DNA of 64,000 bases from Macrostomum lignano (lineage: Eukaryota), in assembly GCA_002269645.1 (NCBI GenBank), contig NIVC01001830.1, positions 1 through 64,000 on the forward strand. The letters run 5' to 3'. Numbering within the stretch: position 1 is the stretch's first letter; each line of letters opens with the position of its first letter. The translations under genes and the position numbers were made by a program. Under the pieces are notes generated by a model, which was given only the letters and a program-made list of their open reading frames with translations, searched no databases and was not told the DNA's origin. Positions 1 through 12,309 of the stretch are shown here, piece after piece.

Positions 1-234
1 AGCTGTAAAATCCACGTCGTTGTTTGCAACTGTGAAAATTCATTGCCAAAAGCAGAAGGCAAAATACATTGTTCTCAGAGATCTGGCCAAATAAATACAG
101 AGAGAGATTATATATTTACTCCAAAAAGCAGTTGATGATTATAGATTAACTCTTGAAGAGGTTCAAGCAGCTACTGCAATTTATTCAGAATACAGAGAGA
201 AAAGAGATCAATTGTTAGACGCCGGTTGCGCCTG
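1..234 (+). CDS. 3' end of an unknown ORF in element A (77 codons, open from the window edge)
   Basis: Frame 1 is open from base 1 to TGA at 232-234 (SCKIHVVVCNC...LLDAGCA*); no recognisable motif. Confidence 0.35.
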
Positions 235-453
235 AAGAAGTTAACCATTCGGAAGTCGTTGATAAAATTCTCAAAGAGAGTAGACTTGGTCATTCAGCGA
301 AGGAAAAAATTAAAAAGGAACTGCTGAGAAAGATCTGAGAGAAAAATTGGGTCTAGCCGATAAGCCAAAAGAGTACTCGGCAACACTCAATCTTCAATCA
401 AATGCTCCAAGTGCACCCCCTACTTAGTATTTTGTATAATTTTTTTTCTAAAA

Positions 454-3400
454 ATGGAAAGGAAAATACCAGCGGCCTCTTATGAATATGATCTCGACTC
501 CGTTGAAGAAATTCGCGTTTAATCTCCCCAATTCTTTCGCGAATATTTGATGGCTAGAGATTCAATAAAATACAGAATTTCCTTTGTCGCAGAATTTTAT
601 AAGGAACTACCGACAGTTGGATTGAGTTCCAATATCATTCAAAGTATCGAACTTTGTTAAATCTTCTCCAAGTGGAAACTAGTATAGAAAGTACAATTCA
701 GGATGTTCTGGATGAATTCGATGGATGGAAGGATAGTTTTAATGAAAGGGGATCAGGATATTATTTTGTTAAGTTAGTAAAATTGTGTTGAAAGTTGTTG
801 GCATTAATCAGTTGAAAGGAGGAACTTATATTCTAATTCCAATTAAATCAAACGCATTAGTAAATGTTAAGAACACTAAAGACAATAGGTGCTTTCTCTG
901 GTCTATTTTAGCAAAGCTCCATCCTGTGAAGGAACATAGATATAGAGTTGGTAAGTATACACAGTATATAAATGAAATAAACTTAGGAGACGTTAAATTT
1001 CCAGTGGACATTCGAGATATCTCTGAGATTGAAAAGTTGAACAGTCTTCATATAAATGTGTTTGGATTGAGGGATATAAATACTAAAGAGTCAATATATT
1101 CTATTCGTCTGACAGAAGATTACGACAACCCCAATGTTATTGATTTACTACTTGTTGAAAATCATTATTGCTTAATAACAGACTTGTGTATTCCTCACGT
1201 CCCAAAATTACAACAGGGTTTTTCTTTGTCGAAAGTGTCTTCAAGTCAAATACTCCCAGGATGCACTGGATAATCATAAAGCAATCTGTAATGACTTCAA
1301 AGTGTCAATTGAAGTTCCAAAGATTGATAAGAGGATATTAAAGTTTAAAAACTACCACATGAGTGTAAGAAAACCATTTGTGTTTTATGCAATATTAGAT
1401 TATGTAACGATGGATGATAAATCACTAGAGCTATCACAATGGACACTTTTACTAGTTCCGACTATGAGGACATTATAAAATCAAATATTATTTTAAATAC
1501 TACAGTGGAATCATTCGTTGAAACCGTAATAAAAAAGTTTGAGCATATAAAAAATGAAATGGATAGATATAAACATCCAAGATTAAGTGATGTCGAAGAG
1601 ACTGATTACAAAGCGGCAGAACAATGTTTTCTCTGCTCAAGGCCATTTGTAGATAGTAAAAAAATTCGAGAGCATAATCACTACAATGGTAAATATCGCG
1701 GCGCAGCATGTCAATCATGTAATACCAAGGAGGGCAAGGCGAATCAAACGTACCGTTGTTTCTCCTGAATGAATCTGGAAAAGATCTAAACTATTTGATA
1801 GTTCCATTAACACGAATAAAGAATACAGCTTATAAATTGGATTTCATTTCTAAAACATCGGAAGACCATGTTGCAATTAAGTGGGGAATTATACCAGTGG
1901 TGTTGTGTTTTTAGATGGATCTAGGTTTTTGGAACCACCATTTACACTCTCTGAAGAAGAAATAAAATATTTGCCACCCAGTGATACAACAGCAGTAATT
2001 AGAAAGATTTACTCATTTGTCAACGCTTTTGAGAAGTTTCGATCAACATTTTTGAAATATTTCAAGATAGATCCTGCGTATTGCTTTTCCCTTTCTGGAT
2101 TATCGTGGGCATGTGGGTTGAAATATACTAATGTGGAATTGGAATTACTTGGTGATAAAGAAATGATATCCATGGTAGAAAGTGGTATTCGCGGCGGTTT
2201 CTCTGGAGTTCTTGGAGATCGATATAAAAAAATGAATAACAAGTATTTAGAAAGTTATGACAGCAATTCTGAATCGTCGTACATGCTATACTTGGACAAG
2301 AATAATTTATATGGTGAAGCAATGATGAAAAATCTACCTGTGGGAGATTTCAAGTTTGAAAATGATCTAGAGTATCACAAGAATATTCCTAATGGCAGGG
2401 GTTGTTTTCTTGAAGTTGACCTTCAATATACAGAGGAATGTAAGAAAGCTACAAGTAAATATCCACTGGCTCCTGAGAAACGAACAACTAGGTTTGAGGA
2501 TTTATCTGATATACAGAAGCAATATCGAAGTCGAAAAGAAAAAGTTTGTTCAATCCAAGTTGATGTTGACATTTTACAACAAGGAGAAATATGTTTTACA
2601 TCACAGACTACTTGAGTTTTATGAGAAGATGGGCATGCGAGTTATGAGAGTTCATAGAATTCTTTCATTCAAAGAGTCAAACTGGTTGAGTAAATACATC
2701 GAATTTAATACCAGGCAGAATGGAAGCAAAAACTAAATTTGAGAAAGACCTGTGGAAACTACTGAACAATTCATTCTACGGTAAAACAATCGAAAATGTA
2801 AAGAATAGGTCGAACTTTCATCTTGTAGCTGAAGAAAAAACTGCAAGGCGTTATTTTTCCAAACCAAATTTCAAAGATTTCATTATGTTTAGTGAGGATG
2901 CAGTTGGTGTCCAAATGTACAAAAAGACAATTGCGTGTGACAAGCCAATTTATTTAGGAATGGCTATTCTGGATTATGCAAAAATGCTAATGTACGATTG
3001 CTATTACAATTTTATTGAGAAGAATTGGAACAGCTGTCAATTGCACTATTCTGATTGTGATTCGCTAATATTCTCAGTGATTACTCAGATGTTTATAAGG
3101 ATCTTGAAAAAATTAAAGAACACTTAGACACATCGGATTATCCAAGAGAGCATCCACTATACTCCGAGACGAACAAGAAAGTTATTGGAAAGTTGAAAGA
3201 TGAAATGAATGGCTCAATAATTTCCGAAGCTGTATTCCTGCGGTCAAAGGAGTATGCTTTCACTACAGTTTCAGGGAGTGTGTTACGATCAAGGGGGTTG
3301 ATAAAAGCAGTACAAATATAAATTTGAAACTTTAAAAACATACTATTGACAGATTACAAAGATATTCAAAGAGGTAGAGTAAGTATGACTGTATCTGAAA

Positions 3401-3507
3401 AAAATAAAATATATATTCGTGAGATTATGAAACAAACAATGAGTCCGTTAGATGATAAAAGATATTATTTGGATCCTATCAGATCTATTCCTCATCAGCC
3501 AATGTAA
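454..3507 (+). pseudogene. polB: Protein-primed family B DNA polymerase with embedded EndoVII-like Zn/HNH segment; several frameshifts
   Basis: ORF pieces 785-1273, 1439-1768, 1881-2615, 2392-2736, 2720-3127 and a tail to TAA 3505-3507. Motifs YLDKNNLYG, KLLNNSFYGK, YSDCDS, KKVIGKLKDE, DDKR. EndoVII-like CFLC...HNHYNGKYRGAACQSCN. Start at TAAAAATG 449-456. Confidence 0.92.
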
Positions 3508-3528
3508 TCTCATTGATAACATCTTCGT

Positions 3529-5972
3529 TTATTTTTTTACACAGTAAAACAGAACATTTCTAGTTTCTTGCTGTTTACCATCTATCCTACGCCTATATCT
3601 ATCCTTATAATACTTACAATAGTCATTGTGATTCTTGAAGAAATCTGTTATGTATTGTTGTTGGAATTCACGTTTCTCACGTTGGGCTAGAGTCCTATAG
3701 TATTCACTCTCTGTTGCGGCAGTGTAAATTTCTCTAATAAGCAAAAATGTTTTTTCCTCAGTTTCTAAAAATTCATAATTCTCTTCAAAGAAGTGAGCAA
3801 ACCAATTACAATTCTGTATGAATTCATTAGTGTTTTCAATTACGCTTTTCGATCGATATATTTCACCCTTTGTTTGCTTGAAAATTTCTAGTAGGTGTTT
3901 CATCTCAGCAAACTTATATTTATTCTTAAACTCCTCGGTCTTAAGATATGAATCGGCTTTATAAATGTGTTTCGCATGATCAATGATGTCGGTATCTGCT
4001 GTATATTTACATGGGTAATTAATATTTATAATTCGTCTTTTTTCTGCATCTCCAATATTTTGTCTAAAGTCAGGCTTGTTATTACATTCGACTATCAGAG
4101 TTGTGTAAAACGACATTACACTGGCTTGAATATAAATTTCTAGCTTGGATAACCCCACCACCAGTTAGTAATTTTATTGATGCATTGTTCAAGACACCAC
4201 TTACTTCTTGACTGATAACCAACCTCTTTTTATTAATTTGTGCTAGGGCTGGTTGTGGCCTGTCTATTCTTATTGGTAAATTCAAAACATCAGGACTCAG
4301 TGGTGCTGCATAATCAGACCCTAGAGTTCTAAGAAGTAGGTTGTCCTCAACTCCCTTGCCATTTCCACCAGCGCCATCAAACATTATAAAGTTTTCAACA
4401 TTCTTACCCATTAGAGCTGTGGCTATAACGGATTCCCAACTTTTTCTATTTTCTGGATCGGGATGAATTTGGTTATGCAGATTAACAATGAAGCCATAGT
4501 CGTAATCACTCACTCCAAGTACATCCGAGTAATTATATCCCACCGATTTAGTAACGTAATCGTCATATCTATACTCGCGAAACTCACCTGTAAGGAGGTC
4601 GTATACTCCATCGTTAAACCCTAGCAAATTCCATTTCATGTCGAATTCAATTTCATTGTTAGTAAACCTCTCTTTGAACAAAGTAGTTACCTGTTTGAGT
4701 TTGTTGGCTCCTTGTATTGAATTTATATTTATTGTACTCTGTAGTTTCTTTTCAAGTGCTTTTAACTTCTCTTTATCATCAGCCGCCTTCTTAATTGCAA
4801 TTTCGAGTCTAGTCTTTCGGTGGTTTAACTCACTGCTAACAAGTTCTGATATTTTAAGAAATATGTCATTTATACTACTTAGTTCTCTCCACTTATCATC
4901 ATCAAAATAGTAAATACCATCGCTATTGTAAATTATATTATTCTTCTTATATTCATAAACAAAGTTGGTTATGTTAACGTCAGTGAAATTATCATCAAGA
5001 AACTCAATCCTACCATAATAATCATATTTGCTTTTCCATTCCTTATATTTACAATAATTTTCTTCACTAGCCCATTTCTTCAACGTACCGATAGTAAGTC
5101 TGTCCTGTGCATCAGCAGAGCTGGTATTGGTGCTATTCCACACATTTTTACATGCCTCGGAATCGAACTTATCATAATTTACTTTTGACCAATCAGTGAA
5201 TACTTTGTACATTTCATCACCACTGTCTATGTCGCGGAGTATAAGTGCACCTTGTACCAAGAATCATAGTCTTGGTTTTTGTGTTGTATTATACTTAACA
5301 ACTTTGAAGCTCCTTCACAACTGGGTGATGGAACGGTGCTTTTTAGTGCCTGTTTATCTTGTTCTTGGATTTCATTTTTATCCGTGGCTTTATTAATCTA
5401 TTTATCTCATCAAGAATTACATCTGCATGTCTATTAAGTCGCACTTTGTACGTTTGTATTCCTATTTCACCATCCACATAATAGAAACCTGGTGGAGCAA
5501 ATACTAAGCGGAATATCAAAACCCACACTTTGTTGAATCGTTACTTTCAATCCATCTACTTTGTTAAAGTAAAAGTGGTGTCCCTTGTTTGTCTGAACAA
5601 CCCAATCACAATGAGTCATACACAGTTCATTCAACTCAGGGCATAGGTCAGCATTATCAATATCGATTACGGTTATATTTGAGTTTCTAGTATCTATCCA
5701 AATCATGTTGTCTACCTGGTCGAAATGGTGGGAGGTTGAATTCCTATCTGCTTTGTTGGCATTCCTGACGGTATTTTTTTCTTTGTTTTACTATTCCATG
5801 TTACACTGCAACTTCCGAATTAAAATTAAGTTCTCATAGAGATTAATTAGTTTATCGTACGATTTTGTTTGTTTTAAATTTGTCAATCTTGGTGGTGGGC
5901 ATCATGTTTTGAAGCGGATCCTGTACGATCACAGGAGAGAAACTTGAATCGTTTTGATTTTTTCTTTCCATT
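3529..5972 (-). pseudogene. Prim-Pol/PriCT-2/D5-like superfamily 3 primase-helicase, frameshifted
   Basis: Pieces 5467-5706 (VIDID...TNKGHHFYF), 4082-5260 (FTDWS, LTIGTLKKWA, FNDGVYDL, Walker A GAGGNGKG) and 3529-4161 (PDF...AEKRRIININYP). Putative start TAAAATG at 5972. Confidence 0.85.
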
Positions 5973-6802
5973 TTATTTAAAATAAATTTAACAATATAAT
6001 TCATCAGTTTCAATGTACTTCTCAAGGGTTATGGGGAGTTTGAAAATGTTCAACTTAAGCATGACGAAAAATTCATCATTCCTTATGTGCTGTCTCGAAA
6101 TCAATGCCCATTTATCAACATGTGCAAGATATACTCTGAATGAATACAAATAAGGGGGCATTTACAATCGGTGTGTTTTAATATTTCTGCTTTATATTCA
6201 TCGTAAGCTTTATCAATTTCTTCAATTAGTCGAGCCTTTCGAGTGGTGTTTTTATTTGAGAGAAATTTATAATAGAATCATAATACTTTTGTGGCAGTGC
6301 ATTTCGTACATTTGGGTTAGCTTCCATTTTTCTATGAAAAATTTAACATTTTTGCTTTCTTTTGGGCAAATTTCTATAGATAATCCAACTTTAGCATTTT
6401 CTGTGTATCATTATACTTTGTCTTCTTAATTTTTCGCTACTTTTGCGCCTACTTCATTGGCAGCTTTTTTATTATTGACTGTCTTTGCGATTCCGGCTGC
6501 ACCTGCCTGTCTTATGAGAGGTAGATTGTCTTTTAGTAAGTTGGAATGGTGCTTCTAGTATCAAAATACCTCTCCATTGTACTCTAGGGCTCACCTATTG
6601 TATACTCTCTTAGCTTGCGTGGATCTGTAACGGGGCACATTTTTGTCTATTTTTAGAAACAGAAAAATAAACACAGGAACAGAAAGACTTTCAGACACCA
6701 AAGGCCAAACTCCATTGGGCTAAATGTGGCCTGCTCAAAGCGGTGATATATTTGTTTAAATTATTACCTTAATAAATGTTTGATATCAAATCATGTTGAT
6801 AA

Positions 6803-7378
6803 TTATGGCGCATTAGATGGTTCTATATCAGCGCGGCATGTTGGGCACCTAACCATGTTGCCCTCTTGAATTCCAGTGCGATAACATATTTCACAAACTA
6901 CAGCTCGACAACATGCCATGGTAACGTTTGGTGGCCGTGGTTCGTGTTGGCAGATTGGACAAAGCCCTTGATTATTCCCCGGCTGAGCTGGATGGTTCTG
7001 TACTTGAGTCGGGTTATCCTCTGGTTGAATATCAGCTAGTTGGTGCTCCATATCTTGGCGATAAGCAACCAAGCGCCTCTCTGCTTCTTGAACGCGACGT
7101 TTTTGAAGATAGTAGTTCTAGGAAAGGGTTTGGTGCGCTCGTATATGATTTTTGTAAACTAAAACCTTATAATGTAAAAACACTTTTTAACTAACCTTTA
7201 GCTGATTAAAGAAGCGCTCTTCATTAGCCAAATTTTGTGGGTTATACTCCAAAAAGATGTTGATGGCAATATCTCTAAACATTGAGTTCCTATGGTGTTG
7301 TCGCAAATTTCGCTCTCGAATTCTAAGAGTTGCTCTAGCGGCAGTAAGCCTCTCGTGCAAATTCGAGAAAGAAGGCAT
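6803..7378 (-). CDS. RING-finger protein (putative E3 ligase); probably one disrupted gene spanning ORFs 7187-7378 and 6803-7072
   Basis: CPIC-x9-CC-x3-CEIC-x11-CPTC in 6803-7072; the upstream helical piece lies in another frame. Confidence 0.65.
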
Positions 7379-7486
7379 TGTAGGAATGATAATTTGTAAG
7401 AAGGTAAAGTTAGTAGAGAAAAATTACTAGACCTTGCCGCTCGTGGCCATTCATTTATATATTTTTATGACAAAACGTCAGACCCC

Positions 7487-7587
7487 GCATTCCATTCAGA
7501 CCAAAACACGAGACCAATTTTTATCTTTTTATTTTTCGAAATTTTCTTCTCGCGTTTTGGTCTCGCGTTTTGGTCTGAATGGAATGC
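7487..7587. repeat. 30-bp inverted repeat with a 41-nt T-rich spacer
   Basis: gcattccattcagaccaaaacacgagacca (7487-7516) versus tggtctcgcgttttggtctgaatggaatgc (7558-7587), one mismatch. Confidence 0.9.
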
Positions 7588-7596
7588 ATGACTCAG

Positions 7597-8074
7597 TGTA
7601 GCAAGAGTATAAGATAAAAAATATAAAACCCCGAATTCCTGTGTTAGTCATCGAGTGAAGTTTGCCTACTTGCTTTGCTATCTTGGTCGGACAATAGCCG
7701 ACCATATTGTTGCGGTGCGAGCTTGCTTCTGTGTAGCAAGAGTAGATGAAAAATATAAAACCCCGAATTCCTGTGTTAGTCATCGAGTGAAGTTTGCCTA
7801 CTTGCTTTACTATCTTGGTCGGACAATAGCCGACCATATTGTTGCGGTGCGAGCTTGCTTCTGTGTAGCAAGAGTATAAGATAAAAAATATACAACCCCG
7901 AATTCCTGCGTTACTCATTGAGTAAAGTTTGCCTACTTGCTTTGCTACGGTGGTTGGACAATAGCCGACCATATTATTGCTCTGCGAGATTGCTTCTGTG
8001 TGTAGCAAAAGTAGATGAAAAATATACAACCCCGAATTCCTGCGTTAGTCACTGAGTGAAGTTTGCCTACTTGC
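7597..8074. repeat. About 3.5 tandem copies of a 132-135-bp unit containing two hairpins
   Basis: The atata(a/c)aaccccgaattcc motif recurs at 7621, 7753, 7888 and 8022. Internal stems GGTCGG/CCGACC and CTTGCT/AGCAAG. Confidence 0.9.
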
Positions 8075-8170
8075 CAGCTTCCTAAGATAGTAATTTTTTG
8101 TTTATTGACCCCGTTGGGAGTTTTTGTACTTATGTTGTGTTTTTAATGGTGACTATGGTATTATGTCTAA

Positions 8171-9549
8171 TTATGTGACAATTATGTCTAAAATCGGATA
8201 AAGTTGAAAGCCTGAAACAATAAGAACAGTTGATCCTTCAGTGGCTGAATTAATATGCACTCTATAACCGGAGAATTTTTCGGTGGAAGCTACTTCAAAA
8301 TATTTCATCACTCCAGGAACTAAACCAGCATTTTCGGTAGAAAAAATATTCCTAAAGTCTCTCTTGTTATTGCTCCCTTTCAGAATAAAACTTTTTGGTT
8401 GATTTTTTATAATTTCACTACCTACTGCTTTGGTTCCTTTCAATCCGAATTTCCAAATTTGAATAGATTCAGGAAGTTGTACTTCAATGTAAGAATTGGG
8501 TTCATTCCTCGATGCCCATTCTGAATTAGATACTATATAACCCCAATTATCTGACGTTTCAAATGCTCCTGATGACGCTACATTGAAACCCCTTTCTCTA
8601 TAGTTTTGACGTGTTGCTAGTGAGGGAATATATCCTGTATAAGATTTGAAACCTAGTCCCCGCCTTAGTCGCAGCTCCACTGATTCAAGTGCATTGTCTA
8701 CGTATAGCTTTGGTACAGCTTGAAGTCTATCTATAGGCCACACTAAATCATTAACCACTGTTTGTCTCTCAAGTAATTCAACTTTTGTAAGCTTTACGGA
8801 ACCAGAAAAATTAAGAGAATAATGGAAATAATATGAGGGTTTGGGTATTTTTTTCCTAAGATGTGCATTGCCCTTCGTAGTTCAATGGGTGCACTTTGTT
8901 CAACAGGTGTCCAGTTTGTTCCATTTAGGCTCACACTAACAGACCAACCAGGCCACACCTCTCCTTCCAACTTTATCTCTACAACTTTCCTAGCTCTTTT
9001 CAAAAATTGAAATCGTATCCACTTGTCTGAGTCATCTGCACTGCTCCATTCTGAAGCCGGGTTTGAATCTGCAACATGATATGCTGCTGAAGAGTTATGA
9101 GAAGCGGTCACTTTCATGTCAGGATGGGAAGCGTTTGAAGTCAGTAATGAAAGAATATTGACTAATTTCGAACTCTCTGTACCTCCCGCAGTACCTTGCC
9201 TTTCTGCTAACAAAGTGTCAATCTCAGTTTTAGAATACATCTTAGTGTCAATTTCGGTTTTAGAATACATCTTAGTGTCAGTTTCGGTTTTTGTGTAGAC
9301 ATTGTTTACGCGCCCATGAGCATCGTCAATTAATTGTAGCATGGTGATATTCATTGCGTCACTATCTTCCTTTGAATAAGAGTCTGAAACATTTCTCTTT
9401 GCTAACAATAAATTATCTATTTCCTCTCTCTTATATCCTTCATTTTCATTGATGTATCGATCATCAGCTAACGCTATTGTTATTCCAGGTGCTATATCAT
9501 TTGAATTTGACGAGTAACCAAATTGATTAGCAGTATTCTTGTAACTCAT
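8171..9549 (-). CDS. Fibre/receptor-binding protein with YxKxExD shaft repeats and two F5/8-type C (discoidin)-like domains; one frameshift near 8.8 kb
   Basis: 8794-9549 has YTKTETDTKMYSKTEIDTKMYSKTEID repeats, then W-rich ...EWSS...WIRFQF...SLNGTNW. 8171-8758 has a second such domain (EWAS...YIEVQLP...PKSFILKGSN). Confidence 0.65.
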
Positions 9550-9977
9550 TTTAATTGCTGCAAAATTTCATTATAGCTATCTCCTTTATCGATTCGATGT
9601 AAAAAGTACAGCGACATTTGACCACAAAATTTCTTATCTAAAGTTTGAATTTGTTCTTCCATGTCTCCACATATTCTATTCTTTGTGTGATTAAACTTTT
9701 CCATAATTTCCAGTGTGGGCGGTAGTGCATAGGAATCAAAAAAATAAACCTTATCATGAGCTGAAAAGATAGCTGAATGATGTATACCCCGTTCTTTCGA
9801 AGTGTGAATATTTGTCATAAAGTAACCATACTGTGGTAAATCAACAATTTCATCTCTCATGGCATAGCGAAATGGTTTTAACTTGAGATATTTTGCCCAA
9901 TTTATCAGATCAATATTAGTCGTAGTGTCAGTCCCAAACTTTTGTTTAAATGCATTCCATGTCTCAGCTTCGCTCAT
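9546..9977 (-). CDS. Adenain-like cysteine protease (virion maturation)
   Basis: His (GIHH), Asp (YFFDSY), Gln (QIQ) and Cys (FCG) in Polinton/adenain order. ATG in TAAAAATG at 9977; the stop overlaps the next ATG (ATGA). Confidence 0.88.
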   Translation of the reverse strand: MSEAETWNAFKQKFGTDTTTNIDLINWAKYLKLKPFRYAMRDEIVDLPQYGYFMTNIHTSKERGIHHSAIFSAHDKVYFFDSYALPPTLEIMEKFNHTKNRICGDMEEQIQTLDKKFCGQMSLYFLHRIDKGDSYNEILQQLK

Positions 9978-9986
9978 TTTTAACAC

Positions 9987-10778
9987 TCATATTTGTCGTA
10001 CGTGTAGATTTATAAATATTTCCTCGCCATCAAAGTCGTATAGAACACCAGACTCATCTTCGATGACAAAGTCGAATGTGCTCAACATGTTTGTAGTTAG
10101 TGGTAGGTACACAGGATTTGCAGGCTCTTGAATAATTTTACTTCCCATTGGGACAGAGAACGATGGAATTGAAAGAAGTATTTGCTTATCAATTAAATGA
10201 TTTCCATTGGCTGGATCAGTGATAAAACCCCCTTTGATATTGAGACAACGAACCATGATCGCACTTCTAGCTCCGTCTATCCGAGCTGGATTTGGAGCTC
10301 TCTCAAATGGTTTCAAATACACTTCCGAATTGAATCCCAACAGTCTTCTAAAGTTATTGGAATGTGCATCCCTGAAATCAACTTGATACTCTGTGGCTAA
10401 CCGTAACTCAACCCTACGCGTGTCTAGGCTTGCACTGAAAACAATAGCCCCCTCTTTCCAATCATTTGCAGCTGTTAGCAATCTTTGAATCTCGCTTGAC
10501 AGACTTTTAACTTCCCAAGATCCTGCTTGAATCTTTATTTTCTTCCATGTTCTACCACTATCCCTCGAGTATCGCAACTCATTATTGCCTCCTTCAATAT
10601 TGTTAATAGCATCAAAGACTGCAAACTTTTTTATACCAGCTTCGTATTCTCGATCTTCATACAAATTTATCGGAGTGCCTAGAGTTTGTCGAAATGGGTT
10701 TTTAATTGAAAAGAAGTCAAATGTGCGTTGAAACTTTTTACTCAAGAGGATGTTGACTTTTTCTATTTCTTTTTCCAT
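9987..10778 (-). CDS. Minor capsid protein (penton), element A
   Basis: 263 aa; AVFDAINNI..NNELRY, LLGF, IIQEPANPVYLPL, DESGVLYDFDGEEIFINLHV resemble Polinton mCP motifs; homologous to 22440-23303. Confidence 0.8.
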   Translation of the reverse strand: MEKEIEKVNILLSKKFQRTFDFFSIKNPFRQTLGTPINLYEDREYEAGIKKFAVFDAINNIEGGNNELRYSRDSGRTWKKIKIQAGSWEVKSLSSEIQRLLTAANDWKEGAIVFSASLDTRRVELRLATEYQVDFRDAHSNNFRRLLGFNSEVYLKPFERAPNPARIDGARSAIMVRCLNIKGGFITDPANGNHLIDKQILLSIPSFSVPMGSKIIQEPANPVYLPLTTNMLSTFDFVIEDESGVLYDFDGEEIFINLHVRQI

Positions 10779-10780
10779 TT

Positions 10781-11512
10781 TTAAGCAAGTAATTCTACTA
10801 GCTCTTTATCAACATTGTTATGTCCCTCTGCTTTTGCGGCTAGTAATGTCAACACTCTTTCACTGAGTCCAGATCCCGGTTTTACTCGATATCCTGGTGG
10901 ATTATCTTTCAATATCCTTACTGCTTGCTTATAATTCCCACTTGATTTGGCCGCTGGATTTTTACAGTGTTCAATGAGGTTAACATAATCCTGCAATGTT
11001 TGCATCTTGAATTGCTTCAGCTCTTCACCATTTTCAGTTACTTTAGGCATTTTGAACAACTCTTCAAGATCTTCAGAAAATGGCATTCGGAATTCGTTGA
11101 CAATGATGTCCCGACCTTGTTCATGGAATTCAACCTCTATTACAGATGATCCAAATATATATCCAGCATCAGTTTTTTGAATCCGTATACTAGGCGCTGG
11201 TCTTTGAGTTATTGGAATCTTTCCAATTTCTTCAATTATTTTGTCAAATACTTCCAGAGGTTCAAATCGTCCTTTTGGTGTACTTAATTGCGGAACTGGA
11301 ACTTTTTGATTCTGAAGTTTATCAACAAGGTTGGCATTGAAATCAATAAATTCATCAAGCTTTTCTGTGACAGGTTTTTGAGCTAATGGAGCCACTCTTG
11401 CATATAAACTCTCTTCTCCAATTTTCAAATAGCGTTGAGCATCATTTCTGGATTTGTACGTTTCTCGCTGCTTTGCTAAATTAATGAGTTCTCTTATATA
11501 TTCATTAGTCAT
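10781..11512 (-). CDS. Conserved Polinton virion-associated protein (PY-like), element A
   Basis: 243 aa; C-terminal GSGLSERVLTLLAAKAEGHNN...ELVELL pattern; a similar protein spans 19880-21093. Confidence 0.55.
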   Translation of the reverse strand: MTNEYIRELINLAKQRETYKSRNDAQRYLKIGEESLYARVAPLAQKPVTEKLDEFIDFNANLVDKLQNQKVPVPQLSTPKGRFEPLEVFDKIIEEIGKIPITQRPAPSIRIQKTDAGYIFGSSVIEVEFHEQGRDIIVNEFRMPFSEDLEELFKMPKVTENGEELKQFKMQTLQDYVNLIEHCKNPAAKSSGNYKQAVRILKDNPPGYRVKPGSGLSERVLTLLAAKAEGHNNVDKELVELLA

Positions 11513-11514
11513 TT

Positions 11515-12288
11515 TTACAATGGGATTTTAGTTAGAACATCCTTATACAAATCTTGCTCATCCTCATCAGCTCTTGTATTTATATAGATATAGCCATACT
11601 TCTTTTTCCAAGCCTCTCTACATTTAGCCTTGAATATAGCGGGTTCATAATTCGTTTCTACATTTCTAGCAATGTGATTTAAGTTTGTATCTTTTTGTTT
11701 AAAGATTATGTAACATGTCGTATTCTCCCTGACAGTATTGCGATCTAGTTTGGTAAAATTTTGAGCTAGATAAAAACCACAACAGTTTCCATGCCTGCCT
11801 CTCTGAAACAGACTTTCCTGAAATTTTTGATTAGCCTCTCCCAAAACATCGTCCAATATCACACATGTCTTTAGTCCATTATGAAAAATTTCTTCATTTG
11901 GAGTATGGGAAAGAGTGACAGGAATTTTCTCTATTACTTCTGAATTTTCTGATGTGCTTTGCACTCGACCAGGGTTGGCTGCCTCTCGACAAATATGTCT
12001 AATATCTTCAGTAGATGCATCCTCACTCACCTGGTAGACATGATAGAGTGAGTTGATAAGAGAAGGTGGGAGACCATTTTCAAAGCCATATTTTAGAAAC
12101 TGATACTCTGGATCCATTTGAGATGCTCTGGGAACATATAAAACTAACTCATTAAAGTCAACTAGTTTTTCAGGACTTGTAAGAATATGGAATAGTAAAT
12201 ATGTTTTACCCGTATTTGTAGCGCCGATAATACAACATAAAAGAGGATTAGGGAAAATAGGATCATGCTGAAATTTTACTTTGGGCAT
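11515..12288 (-). CDS. A32/FtsK-like genome-packaging ATPase, element A
   Basis: Walker A GATNTGKT, Walker B VILDD, RGRH motif, YLAQ, C-terminal YGYIYIN. Confidence 0.9.
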   Translation of the reverse strand: MPKVKFQHDPIFPNPLLCCIIGATNTGKTYLLFHILTSPEKLVDFNELVLYVPRASQMDPEYQFLKYGFENGLPPSLINSLYHVYQVSEDASTEDIRHICREAANPGRVQSTSENSEVIEKIPVTLSHTPNEEIFHNGLKTCVILDDVLGEANQKFQESLFQRGRHGNCCGFYLAQNFTKLDRNTVRENTTCYIIFKQKDTNLNHIARNVETNYEPAIFKAKCREAWKKKYGYIYINTRADEDEQDLYKDVLTKIPL

Positions 12289-12309
12289 TTAAAAAAAGAA
12301 AAAATGACC

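Noticed and set aside
6000-6700. Degraded ORF(s) with a KCTKC motif between the helicase and RING genes
   Set aside because: Multiple stops and frameshifts; no product can be supported.
7597-8074. Hammerhead ribozyme array, or the 166-aa ORF 7529-8029
   Set aside because: CTCGATGA/CTGAGTGA resemble the core, but I could not build stem II plus GAAA; the ORF is simply the translated repeat.
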